In this document: one piece after another, positions 1 to 8,648 of the stretch
Layout of the letters: the number at the start of each line of letters is the position of its first letter
How positions within the stretch are numbered: position 1 is the stretch's first letter
From: a virus
Taxonomy: Duplodnaviria; Caudoviricetes
Reading direction: 5' to 3' (one strand)
DNA length: 48,704 nt
Virus record (IMG/VR): IMGVR_UViG_3300010382_000021
Location: 1 to 48,704 of that record
Notes under the pieces: model-generated
Database searches by the model: none
What the model saw: the letters and a program-made list of their open reading frames with translations, nothing else
What the model was told of the DNA's origin: nothing
Program-made: the position numbers and the translations under genes

Positions 1-1086
1 CTATTTGACATCCTTTTTGACATCCAAAGGTCTAACAATGTTATTTAATGCATTGGCCGCATTACTTTTCATGTTGGATAATATGTGCTGATATTTCTTT
101 GTCATATTTATGTCTGAATGGCCCAATCTTTCGGCGGCTTCTTTGTCCGAGACGCCGCCTTTTAACATCATCGTTGCGTTAAAATGTCTTAAATCGTGGA
201 ATCTTGTATGGGGCAAGCCTGCACGCTCTAATATTTTGGAAAACCTTATTCCATAATTGCCACCATTTTCGGCAGTTCCGTCCTTTTTAGGGTAAACAAA
301 TCCGACACCCTTATATAAGCTTAATCTGTCCATGACGTATTGAGGAGCAATAAAGCTCCTGTACGATGTCCTGGTTTTCGTTTCTTTTTGCATAACCTTT
401 GCGCCCACATGCACATATGCCCTTCGGACATGTATTTCGCCGGTATCAAAACTTATATCGTTCCAGGTCAATCCCATTATTTCGCTCACTCTTAAACCGC
501 ATAGGGCTCCCAAAAGTATAGGTATTTCCTCTTTGGTGCCAGTAACGTAATCCAGTAACTTATTAAATTCGGCTTCATTATAGATGTAGTATTTGTAGGG
601 CTCTATATCCTTTGGCACCTTTACACCAATGCAAGGATTGTTTTTTAAGACTTTGTTTATCATCGCATATTTAAAAACTCCACCAATGTCACCCAATAGG
701 TTGCTGCACGTTTTTTCTGAATGTGTCTTAGCAAATTCATTAATCATATCCTGAATATGGACCGGCAGTATCTTTATTAATAAGGCATCCCCTATGTACC
801 CGTCAGCATATTTGACTATGCTTTTATTATATCCATCCAGGGTGGTGGGGGATAAGTTTCTGCAATACTTGTCTAAGTATATCTGCCCATATTCTCTGAA
901 GGTTGCTTTTGTTGGGTTAATCATGCCGTCATTTTCAATCTGTTCAATAACTTCATTTACCTTTTTCCTACATTCAGCTCTTGTCGCAGCATAAACATAT
1001 TTTCGCTTTCTTTTCCCAGTCAGCGTCGGGATATCAACTACGCCCTGCCAGCGTCCATCCTTACGCTTAGTTACAGACCCTTCCAC
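1..1086 (-). CDS. int: Tyrosine recombinase / phage integrase
   Basis: N-terminal arm-binding domain (GSVTKRKDGRWQG); catalytic GLRVSE, HDLRH, LGH and terminal Y. Confidence 0.97.
   Translation of the reverse strand: MEGSVTKRKDGRWQGVVDIPTLTGKRKRKYVYAATRAECRKKVNEVIEQIENDGMINPTKATFREYGQIYLDKYCRNLSPTTLDGYNKSIVKYADGYIGDALLIKILPVHIQDMINEFAKTHSEKTCSNLLGDIGGVFKYAMINKVLKNNPCIGVKVPKDIEPYKYYIYNEAEFNKLLDYVTGTKEEIPILLGALCGLRVSEIMGLTWNDISFDTGEIHVRRAYVHVGAKVMQKETKTRTSYRSFIAPQYVMDRLSLYKGVGFVYPKKDGTAENGGNYGIRFSKILERAGLPHTRFHDLRHFNATMMLKGGVSDKEAAERLGHSDINMTKKYQHILSNMKSNAANALNNIVRPLDVKKDVK
4..25. repeat. Direct repeat TTTGACATCC x2, probable integrase arm-type site
   Basis: Exact 10-bp repeat at 4-13 and 16-25 at the 3' end of int, next to the expected att junction. 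Confidence 0.55.
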
Positions 1087-1090
1087 GACA

Positions 1091-1438
1091 TCATTCCTCC
1101 ATTCCGCTTAAATAGGCAATATATTTGATTGCATCCAACTTGCGTTCATCTGATAATTTTGAATACATCTCAATTAAATGTTCAGTCCTCGTGTCTATGT
1201 CTTCTCCACAAAGATATTCAACGGAAACATTAAAATATGATGCAAGTTTTTGAGCTATTACCATATCGGGATCTCGTTTGCCTGTTTCATATCTTGATAT
1301 TGTCGCGTTGCTGGTACCAACAATTTCGCCTAAAGCGCGTGTGCTCAATCCATGTTGATCTCTTAGATTCTTAAGCCTTCTAGCAAAAATTGCCAATGCG
1401 GTCTTTCTTATTTCTTCATTTGCTGAAATTCGTTTCAT
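1091..1438 (-). CDS. XRE-family HTH repressor (CI-like)
   Basis: LKNLR...TISRYETGKRDP...YFNVSVEYL; upstream of int, divergent from a Cro-like gene. Confidence 0.9.
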   Translation of the reverse strand: MKRISANEEIRKTALAIFARRLKNLRDQHGLSTRALGEIVGTSNATISRYETGKRDPDMVIAQKLASYFNVSVEYLCGEDIDTRTEHLIEMYSKLSDERKLDAIKYIAYLSGMEE

Positions 1439-1469
1439 TTCTACACTCTCCTTGTTATTCTATAAAAGA

Positions 1470-1499
1470 ATTATATTACAAGTTGTTACCAATTTGCAA
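1470..1499 (-). promoter_or_regulatory. Leftward sigmaA promoter (repressor/integrase)
   Basis: TTGCAA-18 nt-TATAAT on the minus strand. Confidence 0.6.
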
Positions 1500-1842
1500 T
1501 AAAATAATCAAATTAATTTAAATTATTTTTCAAAAACATATTGACCGTACGCGATTTTGAATATATAATGATACCAAGATGTAACAAAGCAATAAGATAA
1601 GGAGGATTTTTATGGATTATTCATTGAAGTATGCGAATAGCAATATAAAGCTACTTCTGAAGTATAAGGAATGGACTCAGGAGATGCTATGTAAAAAAAC
1701 AGGGATAACTCCAGTTACGCTTAGGCGAAGGCTTAATAGCAGCGTCCCTAATTGGACAATGACTGAAGGGGTTGCTATAGCAAAGGCTTTTGACGTTCCG
1801 GTGAGCGACCTTTTTTTTACCAGAATGATACCAAGTGGTAAC
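1485..1842. promoter_or_regulatory. Three putative repressor operators (consensus GTTACC-N4-GGTAAC)
   Basis: GTTACCAATTTGCAAT (1485), GATACCAAGATGTAAC (1570), GATACCAAGTGGTAAC (1827). Confidence 0.6.
1541..1569 (+). promoter_or_regulatory. Rightward early sigmaA promoter
   Basis: TTGACC-17 nt-TATAAT. Confidence 0.8.
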
Positions 1843-1863
1843 GGAAATAAAGAATTGAAGTAA
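1612..1863 (+). CDS. Cro-like HTH regulator
   Basis: Short XRE-like HTH (TQEMLCKKTGIT...IAKAFDVPVSDLF); AAGGAGG SD. Confidence 0.85.
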   Translation: MDYSLKYANSNIKLLLKYKEWTQEMLCKKTGITPVTLRRRLNSSVPNWTMTEGVAIAKAFDVPVSDLFFTRMIPSGNGNKELK

Positions 1864-2008
1864 TAAACAATCTAACTCCTACTAACTAATAAGAAAGGAG
1901 AGAGCCGATAGATTGAAAGCCAGATGGAAACAAATAGGCAAAACAATTCTTGGGAAGCTCATTACGGTGGTAATTCCATCGGCGGTAGTTACTGTGGTCT
2001 TATCATTA

Positions 2009-2377
2009 CTATTTGGTAAGTAATTTTACATAGTCCATCACAAAGTATACGACCACAGCAGTTATCGCTGAAACAACAATATCCGATGTTTTAGAAATGG
2101 CGAGGGCTTTCCAAAATTCTTTCTTGGCAGAAATTTTATCTTCAAAGTAAGTATGACCCTCAGGCATGATAGCTATAACATATGGTTTGTTGTCGGCCCA
2201 ATGGACTTCGATTAGTTCCTCGTTAGCAAGTATTGACAAAATCGTTTCGGTGCGAGCAATATTTCCAAAATGTTTGTAGACAGAATCAATATCGTATATG
2301 GAATCGCAGCCCTGTTCCTCATAAACTTCCAATAAATATTTCATAACTTTATCTTTATTGATTTTTATAATAATCAT
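2009..2377 (-). CDS. Hypothetical moron protein with C-terminal TM helix (start uncertain)
   Basis: ORF; hydrophobic C-terminus; TGGTAAAAT extended -10 upstream. Confidence 0.65.
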   Translation of the reverse strand: MIIIKINKDKVMKYLLEVYEEQGCDSIYDIDSVYKHFGNIARTETILSILANEELIEVHWADNKPYVIAIMPEGHTYFEDKISAKKEFWKALAISKTSDIVVSAITAVVVYFVMDYVKLLTK

Positions 2378-2436
2378 CCCCTTCAACAAAATTTTACCAT
2401 TGTTGGCAGGGAGAGACAAGAAAGGAGGCGCAATAA

Positions 2437-2685
2437 ATGGCATTCGGCGGGATTAAGAAATATCACATAGTCCACTTAGATTTTCAAAAACTTGAATTCA
2501 GCATTTACGAGTATGAAAAGGACAGAAGATTGACGGCTAATCAAGCCTGGGCATTAATACGAAGCAAAGTGCAGCCCATAGAAAAAGGGCGACTAAAACA
2601 AAGGGACACTATAGAGAATTACTGGCAGATAATAGAGGAACGTAATTATCCGGATAAACGGTGCGATAGATATATAGCATTTTAA
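2437..2685 (+). CDS. Hypothetical protein
   Basis: AAAGGAGG SD, 82 aa. Confidence 0.7.
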   Translation: MAFGGIKKYHIVHLDFQKLEFSIYEYEKDRRLTANQAWALIRSKVQPIEKGRLKQRDTIENYWQIIEERNYPDKRCDRYIAF

Positions 2686-2721
2686 TGTGCTGAAAAGACA
2701 AGTAAGAAAGGAGGTTCCGCT

Positions 2722-2883
2722 ATGGATTATAAGACAGTAATTGAAGAACAGATCAGAGAATTGCAGAGGAGGCAAGACAAATTATCCGACAGAAGCGGCT
2801 TCGACAAAGAAGCATGTCAGATTGCAAAGACTATATCTGAACTGACTTTTTTAGCAGCTGCATTTGAAAGTAAAGGGGCTTAG
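2722..2883 (+). CDS. Small hypothetical protein (53 aa, MDYKTVIEEQ...)
   Basis: AAGGAGGT SD; read by eye, below the ORF-track size cut-off. Confidence 0.7.
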   Translation: MDYKTVIEEQIRELQRRQDKLSDRSGFDKEACQIAKTISELTFLAAAFESKGA

Positions 2884-2889
2884 ATTTAT

Positions 2890-3054
2890 TTAGACATCTT
2901 CCTCGTTAACAGTTTTTAAGATTGTTTTATACAAATTGGAAATGAATTCAGGAACTTCATTCGCTATCATGTTTTTACCAAGATCCATGCTTTGTATGGT
3001 AGCAACAACTATTTCTTTTGCAATAACCTCAGCAGTTTGGCTTTCAGTAGCCAT
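2890..3054 (-). CDS. Small hypothetical protein (54 aa, MATESQTAEV...)
   Basis: AAAGGAG SD and TGTGGTAAAAT extended -10 upstream on the minus strand. Confidence 0.65.
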   Translation of the reverse strand: MATESQTAEVIAKEIVVATIQSMDLGKNMIANEVPEFISNLYKTILKTVNEEDV

Positions 3055-3130
3055 AGAAACAACTCCTTTAAAAGCCCCTTTACAACTAAATTTTACCACA
3101 CTGTCAGAAAGCGCGAAAGGAGGACTATAT

Positions 3131-3919
3131 ATGCCAAACTTAATCCCGAAACAAGTCAATTTCAATGGTGATGAACTATTAGCAGTCAAAGATGCCGATA
3201 CCGGCAAGATCCTTATATCAGTTAACCATATTTGCAACGGTCTTGGTTTAGAAGCCAGGATACAACGCGATAAGCTTAGAGATCACATGACTTTATCAAA
3301 GGGGTGTACCATATGCCCCATACCTTCAAACGGAGGAATACAAGAGGCCTTTGTAATTGAAATTGATTTTCTCCCCCTATGGCTGGCAGGCATAAACCCA
3401 GCCAAGGTTAATCCAGAAATTCAAAGCAAGCTTATCGAATATCAGCTTAAGGCGAAGGATGTACTTGCAGAGGCATTTCTTCCGAATCAACCTCAATGTA
3501 TTGAGGACCTTATAATAATGCAGGCCACCGCCATGAAGCAGCTCAGGGAAGAAGTAAAACAACTCCAAGCTGACACATCGCAAGCAAAGCACACTGTTGA
3601 AACGATTAAGGAGACTATTATCCAGCAACCAGACAACTGGAGGGAAGAACTAAATAGGATGCTCAATACGATCGTTATAACAATAGGCAACCAGCAATAT
3701 CAGGAAATGCGCAAAGGTAGCTATAAGGAACTTGAAAGAAGAGCAGGGGTAAATCTTGAAGCTCGGCTTAGGAACTTAAGGACCAGGATGTTGGAGGCAG
3801 GCAAAAGAAAAACGGAAATCAACGGAGTCTGCAAGCTTGATGTAATAGCGGAAGATAAGAAGCTCAGGGAGATATACAGCAAGATAGTACAGGAGCTTTA
3901 CATAAAATTTGTAGCTTAA
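3131..3919 (+). CDS. Phage antirepressor (P22_AR_N-like N-terminus)
   Basis: VNFNGDELLAV...ICNGLGL...FLPLWLAGINP...YQLKAKDVLAEAF; AAAGGAGG SD. Confidence 0.85.
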   Translation: MPNLIPKQVNFNGDELLAVKDADTGKILISVNHICNGLGLEARIQRDKLRDHMTLSKGCTICPIPSNGGIQEAFVIEIDFLPLWLAGINPAKVNPEIQSKLIEYQLKAKDVLAEAFLPNQPQCIEDLIIMQATAMKQLREEVKQLQADTSQAKHTVETIKETIIQQPDNWREELNRMLNTIVITIGNQQYQEMRKGSYKELERRAGVNLEARLRNLRTRMLEAGKRKTEINGVCKLDVIAEDKKLREIYSKIVQELYIKFVA

Positions 3920-3988
3920 AACCCCGCATACCACCCCAAATCCCAATATAACCAAATATTATACAGATTATGCAAAGGAGGTTATCTA

Positions 3989-4138
3989 ATGGTCTATATA
4001 TGCGACGAATGCGGAAAAGAATTCCTGGAAAAGGAAATGGAAGATTGTCCCGTTAATGGGATAGATAGTCCTTGCAAAGTATGTAAATCCTGCTGCGAGA
4101 ACTGCTATTACAACGTAGATGGCGAATGCGAATGGTGA
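3989..4138 (+). CDS. Small Cys-rich protein (49 aa)
   Basis: AAGGAGGT SD; MVYICDECG...CKVCKSCCENC. Confidence 0.7.
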   Translation: MVYICDECGKEFLEKEMEDCPVNGIDSPCKVCKSCCENCYYNVDGECEW

Positions 4139-4176
4139 TTACTGGCTAGAAGCCAGAGAAATAGAAGGAGGTCAAA

Positions 4177-5013
4177 ATGAAAAAGAGTTACAAGGGCTAT
4201 AACAAAGATATGACATGCACCGGAGGAAATACTCCAAAGCAATATGAACGTGGCAGTGATTATTCGGAGGATAAAGCAAAGTGTTGCGATTGCGGGATGC
4301 ATTCCTGCCTGAATCCGTTGGATGTTTTCACTTATTACCCGCCTATAAATGGCAACCGCTATACGGAAGTTGAGGCCGCCGGCGAGATTGATACCCATGA
4401 AGAAGATAGCAAGATATCTTCAACAAAACTCAAAATTGGGCTTGAACTGAACGTAAAGAGCATGATAGAGGCTGGAGTAAAATTCATCTTTGAGAAAACT
4501 AAGGTTGTTAAGGATGCAATTGCTACCACAGGCAATGGGGCTAATGCTGCTACCACAGGCTATGGGGCTAATGCTGCTACCACAGGCGATAGGGCTAATG
4601 CTGCTACCACAGGCGATAGGGCTAATGCTGCTACCACAGGCGATAGGGCTAATGCTGCTACCACAGGCGATGGGGCTAATGCTGCTACCACAGGCTATGG
4701 GGCTAATGCTGCTACCACAGGCTATGGGGCTAATGCTGCTACCACAGGCGATAGGGCTAATGCTGCTACCACAGGCGATGGGGCTAATGCTGAAGCTAAT
4801 GGCAAGGAGTCTATAGCAGCTGCTATAGGTATAGAAAATAAGGCAAAAGCTGCACTTGGTTGCTGGATTGTACTTTCAGAATGGTTCCAGGATAAGGAGC
4901 ATCGTTGGCATATCAAGGAAGTTAAGTCAGCGAAGGTTGACGGTGAGACAATTAAAGCAGATACATGGTATACGCTCCGAAATGGGCAGTTTGTAGAAAC
5001 TTCGATCGAATAA
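4177..5013 (+). CDS. Phage protein with tandem 9-aa AATTGxxAN repeats (DUF7666-like N-terminus)
   Basis: YKG...C...GMHSCLNPLDVFTYY N-terminus; repeat block; KADTWYTL C-terminus. Confidence 0.85.
   Translation: MKKSYKGYNKDMTCTGGNTPKQYERGSDYSEDKAKCCDCGMHSCLNPLDVFTYYPPINGNRYTEVEAAGEIDTHEEDSKISSTKLKIGLELNVKSMIEAGVKFIFEKTKVVKDAIATTGNGANAATTGYGANAATTGDRANAATTGDRANAATTGDRANAATTGDGANAATTGYGANAATTGYGANAATTGDRANAATTGDGANAEANGKESIAAAIGIENKAKAALGCWIVLSEWFQDKEHRWHIKEVKSAKVDGETIKADTWYTLRNGQFVETSIE
4522..4790 (+). repeat. 10 copies of a 27-bp tandem repeat
   Basis: GCTACCACAGGC-DAT-RGG-GCTAATGCT units. Confidence 0.95.
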
Positions 5014-5027
5014 AAGGAGGCCTAATC

Positions 5028-5345
5028 ATGAACAAGTTTCACGGGATTCTTACGGAAGAAAACCTGGATATAGTAACAAGCACATTGAGTGCTATATCTG
5101 TCCCGGAGAAACAAAAGATAAATCTCATCGAGACAATATCCAACATTATCTATATCTATGAAAACTATTTCAATTCCCTGGACACAAAAGAAAAGATTAA
5201 TGCTTTGGCTATGGTGGCCTTTGTATTCGATACCCTTTTAGATGCTGAAATCAACCCTCTAGCCAAGAAATACATCACACTGGGACTTAATGCCTTCAAC
5301 AACAATATCTTTTCTGTGGGAGGGAATGCGGATGTGTCAAATTAA
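5028..5345 (+). CDS. Hypothetical protein
   Basis: AAGGAGG SD. Confidence 0.7.
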   Translation: MNKFHGILTEENLDIVTSTLSAISVPEKQKINLIETISNIIYIYENYFNSLDTKEKINALAMVAFVFDTLLDAEINPLAKKYITLGLNAFNNNIFSVGGNADVSN

Positions 5346-5493
5346 CGAATCGTATCTGCCGGAAACAATCGATAATTGCAGCCTATGGGATGAACACAAC
5401 CTGTGCTGCATGCTTGACCGGATAGAGAAGATATTCCCGGAGGTATGGGAAAACGAGCGCTGTATCGGACTGGAAGTGGCGCAACATGATTAG
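5332..5493 (+). CDS. Small Cys-containing hypothetical protein
   Basis: GGGAGG SD, overlaps the preceding gene. Confidence 0.55.
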   Translation: MCQINESYLPETIDNCSLWDEHNLCCMLDRIEKIFPEVWENERCIGLEVAQHD

Positions 5494-5644
5494 AATGATT
5501 CGATACGACAAGAACGGCTTTGTCAAGGATATTACCAAGGTTTACGGAGACGGAGAAAGCCCAGTTGGTATCGGTATAGCTGACATATTCTATCTGGTTG
5601 TGGTCTTGGGCTTCCTTGGATATGTTTTTAGACTGGTTCAATAG
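5486..5644 (+). CDS. Small membrane protein (52 aa)
   Basis: Coupled start; C-terminal IFYLVVVLGFLGYVF. Confidence 0.55.
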   Translation: MIRMIRYDKNGFVKDITKVYGDGESPVGIGIADIFYLVVVLGFLGYVFRLVQ

Positions 5645-5754
5645 GGAGGGATGCACATGAAAAGAATTACAAAGTCTCAGGCTAAAAGGTTTATGATATG
5701 CGGCATTAAGGTAAAAAGAACTAAGCATTCCTATTACTTGCCGGGAAGGAGATA

Positions 5755-5991
5755 TTGACCGTGGCAAATATGATGATTCCATTAAACCAAGACCCTGAGA
5801 TACATGATGCTTTGATAGAACTAGACCAGGCAAATACGATGTTCCGTAATGCTGTAAATAAATACCGTATAGACGAAGCGATATACCGCATGTCAGCAGC
5901 AAATAGTCGGATACAGGCAATTATATCGGAGAGGATGGAGGCTACCAATGCTAAGAAAATGGTTAGAGCGTCTCAGGCACAAGAGACGTAA
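5755..5991 (+). CDS. Hypothetical protein (YaaL/DUF2508-like)
   Basis: A...F......IDEAIYRMSAA..R pattern; AAGGAG SD. Confidence 0.55.
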   Translation: MTVANMMIPLNQDPEIHDALIELDQANTMFRNAVNKYRIDEAIYRMSAANSRIQAIISERMEATNAKKMVRASQAQET

Positions 5992-6043
5992 CAAACGGAA
6001 TATGATACAGACTGAATTAATAAGGAAGGGACTGATGTAAGAA

Positions 6044-6298
6044 ATGAGCATAGTTGAATTCACGGCAGACACAAACCCAAACGAAGTAGAATCAATTGTT
6101 ATCCGGTACAGCGACGGTATCGAAAAAGAAATACGCAAAGGTATGGCCCTGACGGTTCAGGACGAAGGCGATAATGCTCATATTTCAATGGAGTTCCTTG
6201 GGTGTAACAAAACGGACGTAGGAATGATGGTTGAGGGTTTTGTTGAAATGGGCATGAGAATGGGGCTTTTCGGTGATACCGAGGATTCTGAGGAATAA
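6044..6298 (+). CDS. Hypothetical protein
   Basis: ORF in the early operon. Confidence 0.65.
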   Translation: MSIVEFTADTNPNEVESIVIRYSDGIEKEIRKGMALTVQDEGDNAHISMEFLGCNKTDVGMMVEGFVEMGMRMGLFGDTEDSEE

Positions 6299-6493
6299 AA
6301 AGAGCTGCTCAAAGCAGCCGAGAATAATACTCAACTTAATTATATCAAACAAGAAAAATAAATTCAATAGGCGGCGGCTGGAAGTTTAGAGGCGGCAAGC
6401 TCCAATTATTGTAGTGGGCTGTCGGATAGCCAATAAGTGAACGTACAACATTACGACATGGTTCTGCCGCCAATCTAAAAGTGAGGCGATTAT

Positions 6494-7264
6494 ATGAAAA
6501 TAAAAAATGAGATTTTAAACATCCTTGATAAGTGCACTATTGAAGAAAACACAGTCTTTCTTACCTGTGGTCAGCTTGATCGTAAAACTTACGAGGAAGT
6601 TAATGAGTGTCTTGAAAATATCGGAGGTAAATGGAACCGGAAATGTAAAGGGCATATATTCGATTCTAATCCTGCTGAATTACTTGATAACCTCATCTTG
6701 ACTGGTGAAACTGTTGATTTGAAAAAGCAGTATCAGTTTTTCCCAACGCCCCGCCCTATTGCGGATCGCATGTGTGATATGGCTGAACTCAGCGAACACA
6801 GCAGGACTCTGGAGCCTTCAGCGGGAGATGGGGCTATCGTAAAGGCGCTTGTAAGCGCAGGAGTGCAGAGTGTTTACGCTGTGGAATTAAACGAGAAAAT
6901 GATCCCCATGTTAGAAAAACTGAATGATAATGGTTGCGGTCCTATTGTTGTTGCAGAGCAAGGCGACTTCCTTTCGTTAGGACTCGGCGAGAAAATCGAC
7001 GTCAACCGTGTGGTGATGAACCCTCCTTTTTCCAAACAGCAGGACATTGACCATATATATGAGGCGTTCAAAGTCTTGCAGCCGGGCGGTATACTGGTGT
7101 CTATCGTCAGCGAAAGCCCATTCTTTAGGGAAAATAGAAAGTCGGTTGAGTTTAGGGAATGGCTAGATGAAAACGACGCCGAAGTATACGACCTTGAACC
7201 AGGTGCTTTCAAGGAAAGTGGCACAATGGTTAGGGCGCGAATCATCAAAATCAACAAATTGTAA
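6494..7264 (+). CDS. SAM-dependent (N6-adenine type) DNA methyltransferase
   Basis: QFFPTP, LEPSAGDG (motif I), MNPPF (motif IV). Confidence 0.88.
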   Translation: MKIKNEILNILDKCTIEENTVFLTCGQLDRKTYEEVNECLENIGGKWNRKCKGHIFDSNPAELLDNLILTGETVDLKKQYQFFPTPRPIADRMCDMAELSEHSRTLEPSAGDGAIVKALVSAGVQSVYAVELNEKMIPMLEKLNDNGCGPIVVAEQGDFLSLGLGEKIDVNRVVMNPPFSKQQDIDHIYEAFKVLQPGGILVSIVSESPFFRENRKSVEFREWLDENDAEVYDLEPGAFKESGTMVRARIIKINKL

Positions 7265-7280
7265 ATGTGAGGCGGTACAT

Positions 7281-7478
7281 ATGGTAACAGAAAGATACCA
7301 AGCTGACAAAATTGTGAAGAAGTGCAAAGATTGCGGTGAGACATTTGAAATGGAACAGAAGGAAATGGATTGGTACAGGAATAGGGATTGGGTACTTCCT
7401 GAGCGGTGCCTGGATTGTAGACGGAAGCGCAGGGAGTATAGAGCGAATTGCTTGGGCGTTACTGATCCTAGAGATTGA
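7281..7478 (+). CDS. Zinc-ribbon protein
   Basis: CKDCGETF...PERCLDCR. Confidence 0.75.
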   Translation: MVTERYQADKIVKKCKDCGETFEMEQKEMDWYRNRDWVLPERCLDCRRKRREYRANCLGVTDPRD

Positions 7479-7491
7479 AGGAGGAAGCAAA

Positions 7492-7704
7492 ATGAAGCAG
7501 TGCGGATGTGTTGCAGAGATAGAGGCGAAGGCTCGGGAGAATCTGAAAGTATCGGAAGGCGGCATTAGCAACTTGGAATTAATATCTGGCAGAACGTTTT
7601 CAACCTTCTCATATGAAGAGACACAGGGTAAGCGGAAGAGGAAGAAAGAGACTTATATATTACATTCCTTCTGCCCCTTCTGCGGCAAGCCTTATGCGAA
7701 GTAG
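7492..7704 (+). CDS. Hypothetical protein (C-terminal FCPFCG)
   Basis: AAGGAGG SD. Confidence 0.7.
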   Translation: MKQCGCVAEIEAKARENLKVSEGGISNLELISGRTFSTFSYEETQGKRKRKKETYILHSFCPFCGKPYAK

Positions 7705-7716
7705 GAGGCGAATTGA

Positions 7717-7929
7717 TTGGATGATTTTATAAGAACTGGAGTGTTTGCGACAGAGGAAGAGATTCAGCGATTGAAAAATGCTTGCAATACCCCTTATATA
7801 ATGGTCGGAGGTCATTGGCCCAGGAGTCCGCAGGTTATAGCCCATGAATTAGCTTTGAAACACGGTCTGCCTGAGATAGCAGGGTATTACGGATGCGACC
7901 TCCAAAATGGAGAATTTGTAAAAACTTGA
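7717..7929 (+). CDS. Hypothetical protein
   Basis: AGGAGG SD, TTG start. Confidence 0.65.
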   Translation: MDDFIRTGVFATEEEIQRLKNACNTPYIMVGGHWPRSPQVIAHELALKHGLPEIAGYYGCDLQNGEFVKT

Positions 7930-8015
7930 ACCCCATAAGCAGCCCCAATAGTCCGATGAAGCAGATTGTACTGGTCGGAAGCGCTGAGGGCGGGGCGATT
8001 TGATATATGTGGATA

Positions 8016-8115
8016 TGGCGGCAGCGTGGCGATATGACATGCAAATCACGATGGGTAAAGTTAGGATTGTAACTTGCCCTGGAAACAATCCAGCAGGGGT
8101 AGGACCTGCCCGCCA
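8016..8115 (+). ncRNA. Putative tRNA-like multi-stem RNA
   Basis: TGGCGG/CCGCCA closing stem, internal hairpins, GCAGG-7 nt-CCTGC arm abutting the closing stem. Confidence 0.4.
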
Positions 8116-8219
8116 AAATTTGATTAGTAATGGATATTTACGCAAATTGAATGGCATGCCGCTGGAGCCGTGGGGCCGACCAGCCACGGTAACAGTATGA
8201 AAATAAGGAGGCGGGGTCA

Positions 8220-8555
8220 ATGTTAGTAGCTGATTACAGTAATGAGTCTCCAGAAATAAACGTAGAGAACCACAATTACGCAGTTCGGAACGTAGTTGAT
8301 TTACAGGTTGGAGAGATTCAATTTGCACTCAGAGAAGCAGACTCAAAAGAAATATCGGAGAAGTTGGACAGAGAATTGTACAGTGAAACCCGGCAAGAGC
8401 TGGAAGAACAGATTGAATCGCTAAACGAAGAAGTAGCTGACCTAAAAAAGGATCTGGACGATTCAAAATCTTATATAGCAGAAATGGAAGCCAAAATAGA
8501 AAAATTCAAGCAATATGTAAACTACGAGATAAAGAATTATGAAGAAATGCGGTAA
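8220..8555 (+). CDS. Coiled-coil hypothetical protein
   Basis: AAGGAGG SD; acidic heptads. Confidence 0.7.
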   Translation: MLVADYSNESPEINVENHNYAVRNVVDLQVGEIQFALREADSKEISEKLDRELYSETRQELEEQIESLNEEVADLKKDLDDSKSYIAEMEAKIEKFKQYVNYEIKNYEEMR

Positions 8556-8648
8556 ATCTATGCCGCCTCTCTTACTGCTCCGTTATAGCTGCCAATGGTG
8601 TATAAGCACGGACAGTACTTGGGGCGGCAGATAAAAAGGAGGATAACA

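Noticed and set aside
2936-3130. Long N-terminus of the antirepressor
   Set aside because: Overlaps a minus-strand gene and its promoter; a strong SD supports ATG 3131
4522-4790. CRISPR array or DGR template/variable repeat
   Set aside because: Units are contiguous in-frame coding repeats with no unique spacers; no cas or reverse transcriptase gene in the window
4490-4816. ORF with LMLLPQAMG repeats
   Set aside because: Alternate-frame shadow of the 27-bp repeat; no SD
8016-8115. Canonical tRNA gene
   Set aside because: No TTCRA T-loop and no standard D or anticodon arms; kept only as a tRNA-like candidate
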